Source: Synechococcus sp. (lineage in GTDB: Bacteria > Cyanobacteriota > Cyanobacteriia > PCC-6307 > Cyanobiaceae). Taken from it: a stretch of 64,000 bases of DNA. The stretch lies in assembly GCA_047285535.1 (NCBI GenBank), contig JBJBDC010000001.1, positions 320,136 to 384,135 of the forward strand, given 5' to 3'. A program made the position numbers and the translations under genes. Position 1 is the first letter of the stretch, and each line of letters begins with the position of its first letter. This document shows positions 54,034 to 64,000 of this stretch, in pieces. The notes under the pieces are model-generated. The model saw nothing but the letters and a program-made list of their open reading frames with translations. It ran no database searches and was not told the DNA's origin.

Positions 54034-55086
54034 ATGAGAGCCCGTCTCCCCCTGTTGCTACTGGCTTCTCTTCTGTTCGTGCTGAACGGGTGCGCCACGC
54101 TTGGCGAAGGTGGTGCTTCAAGGCTCGATCTCATCAAACGGAGAGCCGAGCTGCGATGTGGGGTGAGCGGCAAGATACCTGGCTTCAGTTTTTTGCGTCG
54201 GGACGGAACCTTCGCTGGTCTTGATGTAGATATCTGTCGAGCTTTTGCTGCGGCATTCACAGGCAATCCTGATCAGGTTCAATATCGCCCGCTTACCGCT
54301 CCAGAGCGTTTCACCGCATTACGCACCGGAGAAATAGATCTTTTGTCTCGGAATACCACCTACAACCTCAGTAGAGATGCGGCGGGAGGCAATGGCTTAA
54401 GTTTCGCTCCAGTTGTCTTCCATGACGGCCAAGGCCTGCTGGTGAAGCGCAACAGTGGAATATCCAATCTCAACGATCTGGAAGGAAAAACCATTTGCGT
54501 TGGCTCCGGAACCACCACAGAGCAGAACCTCAACGATGCTTTTCAATCCAAAGGGATCGACTACCAACCCATTAAATATCAGGATTTAAATCAAGTGATC
54601 GCGGGCTATCTTCAGGGTCGATGCAGCGCTATGACATCGGATCGCTCTCAGCTCGCTGCGGCCAGATCGGGCTTCAACGATCCCGATCAACATGTGATTC
54701 TTCCGGAAGTCTTGAGCAAGGAGCCCCTGGCTCCACTGGCGGCAGGGGGTGACCAACGATTGATTGATGCCATGCGCTGGGTGACCTATGCCTTGATTGC
54801 TGCTGAAGAATTGGGCATCAACCAACAAAACATCGCTGCCAAACTCGAAGAGGCCCAGCATCGCCCTGAACTCACACAATTGAGGCGATTTCTTGGCGTT
54901 GAAGGTGATCTAGGGCAAAAACTTGGACTGGACAATGATTTCGTCGTGAAAGTGATTCAAGCAACAGGAAATTACGGAGAAATCTATGATCGTCATCTGG
55001 GTCCAAACAGTGCAGTCCCTATCCCTAGGGGTCTCAATAATTTGCACAGCAATGGAGGCGTCTTGACCGCTCCACCATTCCAATGA
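54034..55086 (+). CDS. natF: Amino-acid ABC transporter substrate-binding lipoprotein (AapJ/NatF)
   Basis: Lipobox LNGC, LRCGVS, GLDVDICRA, LLSRNTT, SKEPLAP, GNYGEIY, APPF. Confidence 0.9.
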   Translation: MRARLPLLLLASLLFVLNGCATLGEGGASRLDLIKRRAELRCGVSGKIPGFSFLRRDGTFAGLDVDICRAFAAAFTGNPDQVQYRPLTAPERFTALRTGEIDLLSRNTTYNLSRDAAGGNGLSFAPVVFHDGQGLLVKRNSGISNLNDLEGKTICVGSGTTTEQNLNDAFQSKGIDYQPIKYQDLNQVIAGYLQGRCSAMTSDRSQLAAARSGFNDPDQHVILPEVLSKEPLAPLAAGGDQRLIDAMRWVTYALIAAEELGINQQNIAAKLEEAQHRPELTQLRRFLGVEGDLGQKLGLDNDFVVKVIQATGNYGEIYDRHLGPNSAVPIPRGLNNLHSNGGVLTAPPFQ

Positions 55087-55982
55087 AACTCTCAAGACGC
55101 TGGTGGTGGCAGCTCATCATCATTCTTGCTCTCTTCACACTGTTAGGCATTCTGATCAACAACCTCGCGGTCAATCTGATCAGGACAGGCTTAGGACTCA
55201 GTTTTGACTGGTTGTGGCGTCCTGCAGGCTTTGAACTCAGTGAGCATCCGCTCCCCTACCACCCTTCCCACAGCACAGCCTGGGCTCTGCTGATGGGATG
55301 GCTCAATAGTTTGAGAGTGATTGTTGCAGGGATTGTTCTGGCAACACTTCTTGGCGTGTTCACTGGTGCTGCCCGTCGCAGTCTGAATCCACTATTGAGG
55401 CAGTTGGCGACTTTTTATGTGGGACTCATTAGGCAGATTCCACTTTTATTACAACTTCTTTTTTGGTATTTCGTTGCTTTCCTAGGACTTCCCTCCCAGC
55501 CACTTGCACCCCTTGGAACCCTGATTCGTTTGTCCAATCAGGGCATCAGTTTTCTTGGCGTGACTCTGAGCGTGGAGTTTGCAGCGGTCCTGCTCGGTCT
55601 CAGCGTCTTTACTGGAGCCTCGATCGCAGAGGTTGTACGTGGCGGCCTTGATTCAGTGCCGCGGGGTCAGTGGGAAGCCTTCCGCAGTCTTGGCATGAAT
55701 GAGGGCTTGGGGCTGTACAGAATTGTTCTGCCACAAGCTCTCCCTGCGATTCTTCCTGCCCTCAGTAGTCAATATCTCAATCTGGCGAAGAACAGCACTC
55801 TGGCCATCGCTGTTGGTTACGCCGATCTCTACGCCGTGAGTGACACCACCATTACCCAAACAGGTCGAGCGATCGAAGGTTTTTTGCTGCTTTTAATCAG
55901 CTTTCTGCTGTTGAACTTGCTCATTAATGGAGGGATGCAGCTGCTCAATCGAGCTGTTTTAAACCGCCAGCATCATCCTTAA
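55083..55982 (+). CDS. natG: Amino-acid ABC transporter permease (AapQ/NatG)
   Basis: IPLLLQLLFWY, AEVVRGG..VPRGQWEA, YLNLAKNSTLA. Confidence 0.88.
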   Translation: MKLSRRWWWQLIIILALFTLLGILINNLAVNLIRTGLGLSFDWLWRPAGFELSEHPLPYHPSHSTAWALLMGWLNSLRVIVAGIVLATLLGVFTGAARRSLNPLLRQLATFYVGLIRQIPLLLQLLFWYFVAFLGLPSQPLAPLGTLIRLSNQGISFLGVTLSVEFAAVLLGLSVFTGASIAEVVRGGLDSVPRGQWEAFRSLGMNEGLGLYRIVLPQALPAILPALSSQYLNLAKNSTLAIAVGYADLYAVSDTTITQTGRAIEGFLLLLISFLLLNLLINGGMQLLNRAVLNRQHHP

Positions 55983-56007
55983 AATGAACCTGCAATAGAC
56001 ACCGTCC

Positions 56008-56511
56008 ATGAATAAGCGCCGTATCGCTGCAATCCTTCTGATTGTGGCGTCTGTCGCAGCTATTTTGCTGCCATTTGCATCAGCGACACTTCTCACGATT
56101 GGATTAGGGGGAATTGTCTTCGTTGCAGGCCTCAATCAATTGCTGCGGCTTGGAGACATCGAAACGAGCCAAGGAAAGATCTTCAAAGCTTTGTCCGGCC
56201 TCCTCTACATAGGTGGCGCTGTTTTTATTCTGATCGACCCCATTGACAGCGAAATCAGCCTCACTCTGTTTGCAGGGGTGCTCTTGCTTGTTGAAGGGGT
56301 GATGGAATTGGCCACTGGGGCCAGTTCGACTGTTCCAGCTCGAGGTCTTGTTGTCGTCGATGGACTTGTCACTGCCGTGCTCGGATTGCTGTTGGTGATC
56401 GAGTGGCCTTCTGACAGCCTCTGGGCTTTAGGCACCATTTTTGGGGCATCGCTGTTCCTTTCAGCGTTGAATCTGCTTAAAGCACCTGACGCTCCTCCAA
56501 CCGCCAGCTGA
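56008..56511 (+). CDS. HdeD/DUF308-family membrane protein
   Basis: Six short hydrophobic helices with twofold repeat character, WPSDSLWALG. Confidence 0.75.
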   Translation: MNKRRIAAILLIVASVAAILLPFASATLLTIGLGGIVFVAGLNQLLRLGDIETSQGKIFKALSGLLYIGGAVFILIDPIDSEISLTLFAGVLLLVEGVMELATGASSTVPARGLVVVDGLVTAVLGLLLVIEWPSDSLWALGTIFGASLFLSALNLLKAPDAPPTAS

Positions 56512-57539
56512 TGCCGAGCCAATCCAAACCACGTCCGCATCGCTATCGCCGATGGCGTCAAAAGCCACTCGAAACCGCGGTCAGTCTTCTCATGCTGGGC
56601 TTGATTGTTTGGGCTCTCTGGTCCACAGGTTCATGGCTCATCACTGGTGCTGACTGGCGAGTGGTGACCCATAACCTGCCTCTTTTTGCCTTTGGCAGCT
56701 ATCCAGAAGACCAACGCTGGAGGCCCTTGGTGTGGATGCTGCTCTTGGTGTTGCTCACGGTCACCACACTGGCCAGTGATTCCTTGCCTCGAGGCCTGAA
56801 ACGCATCCAATCCCTGCTTCCCTGGGCTTGGATTCTCATGGTGCCCACCGGGGTTGTTTTGCTCGCTGGATCCGCACATCTTGAGGAGGTCCCCTCTCGG
56901 GCCTGGGGCGGACTCACTCTCACGTTGCTGCTTACGACAGCCAGTGGGTTTTTGGCCCTGCCCATGGGGATCGGTCTTGCGCTCGGACGAACATCCAATT
57001 TGGGTCTGGTGTCGATGCTCTGTCGCATTTATATCGACTTCATGCGTGCTGTCCCTCTGATTGCGGTTTTGTTTTTTGGACAATTGCTTTTACCACTTTT
57101 CCTTCCGGTTGAAATTGAGATCAACAGAGTGTTGAGGGCTGTGCTTGCTTTTGCACTGTTTGCAGCGGCCTATGTCGCAGAAGATGTCCGAGGAGGACTG
57201 CAGTCCATTCCAGCGACTCAAAGGGAAGCGGCCTCTGCGCTTGGACTCAATGCGTCGATGACGATGCGACTGATTGTTCTTCCTCAGGCCTTGAGAATTG
57301 CTGTTCCTGCCTTGACCAATCAGGCCATTGGTCTGCTTCAGAACACCAGCCTGATGGCGATACTCGGGTTGGTGGAACTGCTGGGCATCAGTCGAAGCTT
57401 ACTGGCGAACCCTGAATACATCGGTCGACACCTTGAGACCTACGTCTGGCTTGCGGCTTTGTATTGGTTGCTGTGTACAGGCATGGCCCTTCTCGCGAAG
57501 CGAATTGAGCATCAAGGCCTAATCACCTCCCAATCCTAA
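56511..57539 (+). CDS. natH: Amino-acid ABC transporter permease (AapM/NatH)
   Basis: WGGLTLTL, LALGR, RAVPLI, AAYVAEDVRGGLQS, VLPQALR. Confidence 0.88.
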   Translation: MPSQSKPRPHRYRRWRQKPLETAVSLLMLGLIVWALWSTGSWLITGADWRVVTHNLPLFAFGSYPEDQRWRPLVWMLLLVLLTVTTLASDSLPRGLKRIQSLLPWAWILMVPTGVVLLAGSAHLEEVPSRAWGGLTLTLLLTTASGFLALPMGIGLALGRTSNLGLVSMLCRIYIDFMRAVPLIAVLFFGQLLLPLFLPVEIEINRVLRAVLAFALFAAAYVAEDVRGGLQSIPATQREAASALGLNASMTMRLIVLPQALRIAVPALTNQAIGLLQNTSLMAILGLVELLGISRSLLANPEYIGRHLETYVWLAALYWLLCTGMALLAKRIEHQGLITSQS

Positions 57540-57563
57540 AGCTGCCCTGATCAAGACGTCATC

Positions 57564-58307
57564 ATGTCCATCGCCATTCAAGTCAAGTCCGTTAGTAAGT
57601 CTTTTTCAGACGATCATCGTGCACTTGATGACGTGAATCTCAGCGTCGATCTCGGAGAAGTTCTTGTGGTCATGGGGCCCTCCGGATCCGGAAAAAGCAC
57701 GTTGATCCGTACCTTCAACGGGCTTGAAAGCATTGATGAAGGCCAGCTGGAGATCGTTGGAATCCACCTTGATGCCAGCCATGACGAACGGCAGATCAGG
57801 CGCATTCGCAGCAGGGTTGGGATGGTGTTCCAGCAATTCAATTTGTTTCCTCATCTCTCCATCCTTGAGAACATCACCTTGGCTCCAATCCGCGTGAAGA
57901 AAGTGAAGCGAAAGCAAGCGGAACTGAGAGCGATGTCCCTGCTCAGCCAAATGGGGATCGCTGATCAGGCCATGAAACGACCAGCTCAACTCAGCGGTGG
58001 CCAGCAACAAAGGGTCGCCATCGCAAGAGCTTTGGCGATGGACCCAGAGGTGATGCTGTTTGATGAGCCAACCAGTGCACTGGACCCAGAACGGGTGAAA
58101 GAAGTTCTTGATGCCATGCGCGCTTTGGCTTCAGCCGGAATGACCATGGTTGTGGTGACGCATGAGCTGAGTTTCGCCCGTGAGGTTGCTGATCGGGTGT
58201 TGTTTATGGATGCGGGAAAGGTTGTTGAACTTTCAGAAGCGAAACTATTCTTTGATCATGCCAAGGAGGAGCGAAGCAGGCGTTTTCTGAATCAGATGCA
58301 CCATTAA
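57564..58307 (+). CDS. bgtA: Polar amino-acid ABC transporter ATP-binding protein
   Basis: GPSGSGKST, VGMVFQQFNLFPH, LSGGQQQRVAIAR, FDEPTSALDPE. Confidence 0.88.
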   Translation: MSIAIQVKSVSKSFSDDHRALDDVNLSVDLGEVLVVMGPSGSGKSTLIRTFNGLESIDEGQLEIVGIHLDASHDERQIRRIRSRVGMVFQQFNLFPHLSILENITLAPIRVKKVKRKQAELRAMSLLSQMGIADQAMKRPAQLSGGQQQRVAIARALAMDPEVMLFDEPTSALDPERVKEVLDAMRALASAGMTMVVVTHELSFAREVADRVLFMDAGKVVELSEAKLFFDHAKEERSRRFLNQMHH

Positions 58308-58812
58308 ATTTTATGGCTTAATAGCAGTGCGGTTGTTTGTTTTTGAATGCTAGTTGAAGTGAGATAAGCGATTGTGATTTCGGTACCAGAACAATCCACT
58401 TGTCAATTTTGCTGGTATCTCCAAAAGACTCAGGAACAGGTGAATAAAAATAGTCTTTTTAGCGTTATTTAGACTGGCAGGATTGATGTTTTTCTGATGT
58501 CTGTGTAGATTTTATTGCTGGCTCGGACTCTTTCTCGCACTCCTTGGCTAGGGATGCAACAGGTTGATCCCTGTTTGGTTGCCTGAATATTCTCTTCGAG
58601 TATGGGCTTAATGCACACTGATGTGTTGAATGATGCAATGTTTCCGAGTGGTGTCTGGTCGGCTGTAGGGCCTTAAATTATTATTTGGAATATGTTTGTT
58701 TCTTTCGCGATAAGCGCATGGTCGGCACAATGACTGATCGTATTAGTGGTGTTTGTTTTTTAGTTTGCAAAGACAATTTTTGAGGTGTTGGCGTATTCTC
58801 CTTTTGTTGCTT

Positions 58813-59025
58813 TTAGGCCAGCTGGCATCGGCCATCAAGCTGGTGCAAGGCTCGCTCAGCGGCAACTAATTCTCTCTCTGTATGGAGCCAGCTCTCGTTG
58901 TCTAGGGGCAGGCTGTTGACTTGCTCCTGTAATCGCTCCTGCAATCTCTCACGTCGAGCTTGGAGGGCCTCGCTGAGCTGAACAATCCTTTGGGGGATGG
59001 AACAGAAAGGAGCCGAAACAGACAC
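58813..59025 (-). CDS. Small coiled-coil hypothetical protein
   Basis: RERLQERLQEQVNSLPLDNESWLHTERELVAAERAL. Confidence 0.55.
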   Translation of the reverse strand: MSVSAPFCSIPQRIVQLSEALQARRERLQERLQEQVNSLPLDNESWLHTERELVAAERALHQLDGRCQLA

Positions 59026-59095
59026 TGATCGTCAGGAGTGAGGACGGATGAAATTTTGGCACATCGCTGAGAATTTTCCTAGTCTTTTCTGAGTT

Positions 59096-60218
59096 TTGCC
59101 AGCCTTCGCCATTGTTCTCCTCCTGGCCGAACTCAGCCCAGGCCTGCTTGGTGGATACCTGCTTGGGCAATACAAGCCGGAATGGTTTGGCCCGCTTGCG
59201 AGACCGCGGGTTCGTTTTGGTGTTCCCTTAAGCCTGATGGGCTTGCTTCTCAAGGTTGTTTGGAACACCTCTCTACTCAGCATGGCCCCACCGAACACCA
59301 CAGTGATCATGGTTCTACTTTTGGTTCTCCGAGGCTGGAGTCAAAGGTTGAATCAACTGATGTCTTCAACGCTTCAGTTGGGAACCTGCATCGGCAACAC
59401 CGCGTATCTTGGGATCACGGACGCTGTAACGTAACATTTTCAGAGGAATGCTATTCCCTCCCTTCATCGGTTCAGGCGTAGTTGTTGAAACAGAAGACTT
59501 AATACAAGGGTCTGGACAATCCAAATCCCCTGAATGAGTGGATAACTCATCGTATCGCTTAGTCGATTCACAATTGGGTTCTTAAGAGCATATTCAGCAG
59601 TTGCAAAACAAACTGAAATCAGCAAAGCAGTGCTGTAACTTTGGATGTTGAATTTGGTACTGGAAAATGTTGCGAGGACATAGAAAAATGCAGGTACTGC
59701 AAGAAGAGCAAGTAAACGCAAAGTAGAGGGCATCATTGAATTTGTATATGGATTACAAAGTTAATCCAAAACCAGTCAAATACTCAACAACATCTAACGG
59801 CAACAAGTTGTCTCGAAGCCACTGGCAAGAAACTCTTGTTGCTGCCTTTTAGCTGCCTTCCAGGGTTGTCATCATGCTCGCATTCATTCTTGTGGGTATG
59901 CGCCTTGCCAGTTGTTCTTTTGAACGCAAAACCGCTCACCCCACGCCATTGAAGTTCACTCTTGACTGCACACAGCGCCTGTTGCCTGCATTCATGTTTG
60001 GACGCAGCCTGATCATCCCCATCAGTGCGCTGGCAGGACAAGCACTCGTACTACAGTTGCAGCTCCCTCATCCATTGCTTTTCTTCTGATTGCACAATCA
60101 GAACAGGCCGATACTGCAGCAGCTGGCCAACTGATGGCGTAGCACTCTTCTTGCCATCTTGACGGTCCCGATCTGGGCTGTGCTGTTCACGATGTTGGGA
60201 GAAAGACTCGAAATGTGA
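59096..60218 (+). pseudogene. Disrupted AEC-family (malate permease-like) transporter
   Basis: 5' piece GYLLG..RFGVPLSLMGLLLK..GNTAYLG; 3' pieces LVGMRL, QALVLQ, AAPSSIAFLLIA, STLLAILTVPIW; frameshifts and an internal inverted gene. Confidence 0.75.
59464..59736 (-). CDS. Small hydrophobic protein, DMT/DUF486-like
   Basis: 90 aa with 3 hydrophobic segments, LLISVCFATAEYALKNP. Confidence 0.55.
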   Translation of the reverse strand: MMPSTLRLLALLAVPAFFYVLATFSSTKFNIQSYSTALLISVCFATAEYALKNPIVNRLSDTMSYPLIQGIWIVQTLVLSLLFQQLRLNR

Positions 60219-60747
60219 TATTTAATCTTGGTGTGCGGATTCTTCTGCGAGGAGGAAGTGCATGCATCCATAATCGTTGGCAATCAGGGTCCATTACAAG
60301 TAAATCCCCATGCGCTAGAGCTACTTCCTCTCGACGCTGAGTCATGCGATGACGAAATTGCAATGGTCGGCTTGCTCCGAACGAAAGAGATGCGATCGGA
60401 GACTTGGCATCAATCTCCTGTTCATCATCTGAATGCCAGCCCATTCGATCATCTCCATTGCGATAAAGATTGAACAAGCAGCCATTGAATCGGGCACCAC
60501 AGCTTTCATTCACACGCTCCAGCAATGGGATGAACCAGTCGGGCCAGCCTTTCCCGCGATGAACCACTCCGCTGTAGCGATAATTGACCGAGACATCCGC
60601 CAGGAAAGCAGAGAGTCTTGGGACAAGATGATATTGACCGTAGACACAAACTTGTGGTTGCTCCCAGGCGATCTGCTTATGACAAAGCTCAAACCAATCC
60701 TTTGATAGGTCAGGTTTGAGCCAGCCAATGCGATGCTCCCAATTCAT
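60187..60747 (-). CDS. AlkB-family 2OG-Fe(II) dioxygenase
   Basis: NLYRNGDDRMGWHSDDE, IASLSFG, WMHALP, RLNITFR; alternative start at 60798. Confidence 0.9.
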   Translation of the reverse strand: MNWEHRIGWLKPDLSKDWFELCHKQIAWEQPQVCVYGQYHLVPRLSAFLADVSVNYRYSGVVHRGKGWPDWFIPLLERVNESCGARFNGCLFNLYRNGDDRMGWHSDDEQEIDAKSPIASLSFGASRPLQFRHRMTQRREEVALAHGDLLVMDPDCQRLWMHALPPRRRIRTPRLNITFRVFLPTS

Positions 60748-61223
60748 GGATCCAAGTCGGTGCCCATAGCATTGATCAAGGCTCAATTCATTATTCATAG
60801 GCCCTTTGGATGACTGAATGTAGACATTGATTTTGATCTGTTGTGTTGATGGGTCCTTAAGTGACTTTTGTTTAATTTACTTTGATTAGAATTAGCGTTC
60901 ATATGCTCTTGTTTGCCTATGGAGTTTCAAGCAGCTCTGAACTGCTCGCAGCTGGTGTAATGCAAGATCCAATGGAGTGGAATCATATTAAGATTCTAGT
61001 TCATTATTAAAAGCATAAAGCGGAACTTGAGAATCACTGAGAAGCAGTTCAACAACCTCAAGGCCTAAACAAGGAGCAGCTACTAATACCAGTTTATTAA
61101 TTTTTCTTGGTCCCTGCGCAGTTCATCAGTTGAGCACCTTTGTAGATACAAATTCAATTCTGAGGAAGCCGACAATTTCCTGGTTTTGTTGAAAGCACAC
61201 GAATGAGCTTGCTGACAAGGCTG

Positions 61224-61362
61224 GGGAATCTGAAAATTTGATGAGAAGCGCATTAGGTGTCTCTATTGGCGCACTAGCGGCTTGCCACCATCATTTTTGA
61301 CATTCTCAGCCGAGACTCAACATTTTCCACAGGCGCAGGGAATCTGAAAAATCCATGAGAAG
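61224..61362. repeat. 25-bp direct repeat pair upstream of DUF3104
   Basis: GGGAATCTGAAAATTTGATGAGAAG (61224-61248) and GGGAATCTGAAAAATCCATGAGAAG (61338-61362). Confidence 0.75.
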
Positions 61363-61450
61363 TCTGGTCTTTTGATGAGAGCTTGGTGAGAGAAGCTTGA
61401 TCGTTAGGGCGGTTTGGCCTAATAACGTTCCAAGCGGTTCAGGTGTATTG

Positions 61451-61750
61451 ATGCGCGGTAACCCTCTCTTTACAGCTTCAAGCCCTCAAGAGAGTGATGC
61501 GGCGCAATCCTTCACAGATGTAAGAGTCGGAGATTATGTGCTTGTACGTGAAGGACGGCATGTTCCCGTGATGACGGATTTTGATTGGTGGATGGGCCAA
61601 GTCGTCTTCTGTGAAAAAGCTTTGAAAGGTAATAACGTAAATACAATGCTTCAGATTTCAGATGTAGATGATGGTTGCATTCATTGGGTTAAGAGCGATG
61701 ATGTTATGCATGTTGTTCGTTCGTTAGATGGACTTGCATTAAATGTTTGA
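61451..61750 (+). CDS. DUF3104 family protein
   Basis: FTDVRVGDYVLV..DWWMGQVVFCE..LQISDVDDGCIHWV. Confidence 0.8.
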   Translation: MRGNPLFTASSPQESDAAQSFTDVRVGDYVLVREGRHVPVMTDFDWWMGQVVFCEKALKGNNVNTMLQISDVDDGCIHWVKSDDVMHVVRSLDGLALNV

Positions 61751-62204
61751 TCACGCTTGATTCAGTCTTGTTATTGTGAAAATCATAGTCTTGAGAATTG
61801 TCTGCGCTTTAATCGCTTTTTTCTAATTATACTCTAGTCAGTTTTTATGGTTCTAATGGAATGTATTTCTGCATTTTATTTTCGTTTTGCGTGTTGTTGA
61901 CGAGCCTAAAACAGCTGATTGAGATCTGAAGGGATCGTTGTCTGGTTTTGGGAGCAGCACAATGTAGCTTTTTGCTCTTTGGCTTGTGATGAGGGAGTCA
62001 GGATTGGGCTTCTGTTTGAAAAAGATTGCTTTTGCTATCGATGGTGCTGACCTTCTTGCGGTCCATGTCAAATCAATTAATAATCAGAGGCTGTGATCAT
62101 GGTTCAACGAGTGAGTTCTCGTTATTTTTCCGTTTCGATTGGTTTCTGGCCTTAACCTTGCCGCTCAGTTTTTATTCTGATCAAAAGTGAAGTATTTTCA
62201 AGAT

Positions 62205-63488
62205 ATGGCTTACAAATGGATGGATACCGGTCGGCAAAGTGTGTTTTCACAAATAACTTCTAAAGTCACGAGGCATAAGCTGCCATTCCTTGAGATTGCA
62301 GTCTCTGACTGGATGTAGTAAAAGAGATTATATGCTCTATGGTGTGAGTTATTAGACGTCGAAGCATTGATCCTTGTCGTTTCAATGGTGACTCTACTTA
62401 CGATGCCGGCCTTCACATCCCTCAGAAGCTGCGAGAGAGAGTTGGCCAAACACCTTGAGTACGTTCGTTAGAGACGACTGATCACTCCACAGCTCTCAGA
62501 TGCGATGGAACAGTCATACAATCCCTTGAGAAGGAGCTAGAAAGCCTTCTTAGTGTGGTCATTCTCTTCCAGTTCGTATCAACCTCTATAAACCCTCGAG
62601 TGAGCTAACCAATCTTGAAAAAGCCGAATCTCTTTGGGATTTTTTGAACTAAAGCGAAATAGCCAACATCATATAAATTTTTTTAATTCTATAAGGACTG
62701 ATAAAGACTTACCCATGACTTGGGATGAGCTTTTGAAATTGCGTATAGATTCTAGAAATAAACGTTAAGCCAGAGGATTATCTCAGTAATCAATCACTTC
62801 ATCAAAAGCTGCTGTAGGTAAAATCAAAGCCTATGACGAACCAACACAACTAACTCGTCAAGTAGTTCAAAGGTTTATTGGTGAATAGCAGACTTAACCG
62901 ATATCCACTGAGACACGATGTGGAGCCTTATCTGCATTGATAGAAGTCAGAATAAAGTATGATTGTCTTGACGAGAATCTATTCAAGAAGGGTGACTATA
63001 CAGCCGAAGTTTAGGTTGAAGATGAATGACTAGCTTGCATGGATGAGATGATTCGAGAATTTTATAGAGTCCACTCTTTTTGTTAGTCTTAACAGCAATG
63101 ATACCTGGTGAATATGCATCTCGAAGGCAGAAAGACTGATCTGTGCATAGTATGAGTATTGCTGATGAGCCTTAATAGATTGGAAAACTAAAAACATTAG
63201 CTCTATTAGAGGTGTTCCTAAACCAGATGGCGTTCAGTTAATGAATCTGGTGCAAAGCCGAGATCGATAATAGCTTACATGCTTTCTGATATTAATAATA
63301 GATGATCTGATAAAAGATTTACACCACTTAGTGGTAGGCAAAGCATATACAAACCAAGCAGAACAGTAGGATGTGATGCAAGCGTTATTGAGGCTATTGC
63401 TGGTCATGCTCAAAAGAGAGAATCAAGTCAGTACTGTTCATATCCCGATGAGGTTTTGGGTAGAGAAGTAAAGAAGACATTTGAGTAA
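62205..63488 (+). pseudogene. Degraded phage-type tyrosine recombinase/integrase
   Basis: Collinear fragments MTWDELLK..PTQLTRQVVQRFI..RCGALSALI..ENLFKK, GEYASRR, WKTKNISSIRGVP, VIEAIAGHA..QYCSYP; many stops. Confidence 0.6.
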
Positions 63489-63618
63489 GTAGAACAGAGT
63501 GTTGATGAGTGTTTGCACCAACCTTATTAATCCATCCAATTAAAAATATTTCCCCATTGCCTGCACGAAGGTTTGACAGCTTCTGACATGAGTCTTGTTA
63601 AATAGACTTAAAGTTTCT

Positions 63619-63999
63619 TTAGTTTGACGAGGCGCGAATACCAATTGAATTATTTGTTGGTTCCTTGTTTCCATCTTTCAAGCCTTCCAATTCCTGCCAT
63701 CGACAAATACCACAGAATTTCTCTGCATACTTATCCCTACGCATCTTACGTAAAGTAATACGTTCACAATGCAACCATACTTTGTAATTTCGCACTGATA
63801 ACCTATGCACAAAGTAAACTGCTGAGAGAGCTAATAGTCCAGCAATAAGGCACTCTTTGTGCACAGTTGAAGCGATTGCTGCGCTAAAGGCTATAACTAC
63901 AGCAACAAATTTAAACAGATCCTTATCAGGTTTTGGCGGCCTTCTTCTACTTATTTCAGTAATTAATTTCTCCATATCTAAGTTGTCCATTATATGCAA
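63619..63999 (-). CDS. Hypothetical two-TM protein (may start beyond the window)
   Basis: 126-aa ORF with two adjacent hydrophobic helices, AT-rich. Confidence 0.5.
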   Translation of the reverse strand: MHIMDNLDMEKLITEISRRRPPKPDKDLFKFVAVVIAFSAAIASTVHKECLIAGLLALSAVYFVHRLSVRNYKVWLHCERITLRKMRRDKYAEKFCGICRWQELEGLKDGNKEPTNNSIGIRASSN

Positions 64000-64000
64000 A

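Overview
Chromosomal segment most consistent with a marine picocyanobacterium, probably Synechococcus (inferred from chlH, hli, cbiX, natFGH-bgtA, DUF4278 and gene order). Core blocks: recC-recB-recD; an OmpR/EnvZ-type two-component pair followed by ppk2 and divergent from a secreted EF-hand gene; apt, a UbiH-like hydroxylase, hli, dapB, chlH, folP, tpiA, an ABC exporter, an alanine/glycine symporter, carB, rsfS, asparaginase II, initiator tRNA-Met, a GMC oxidoreductase, cbiX, mscS, a SulP transporter and an amino-acid ABC operon. AT-richer, gene-poor patches lie at about 12.0-15.1, 29.4-30.8, 43.3-44.1, 50.7-51.9 and 58.3-64.0 kb. Features missed by the ORF track include a glutamine (Downstream-peptide) riboswitch with an NtcA box and a 35-aa DUF4278 peptide between two identical terminators, three degraded pseudogenes (CPA2 antiporter, AEC transporter split by an inverted small gene, tyrosine integrase), CTGTCAT direct repeats in the two-component/EF-hand promoter, a four-way-junction RNA candidate, a 28-aa hydrophobic sORF and several short repeats. 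No CRISPR array, rRNA or intact mobile element was seen. All family calls come from recognising motifs by eye, not from database searches.
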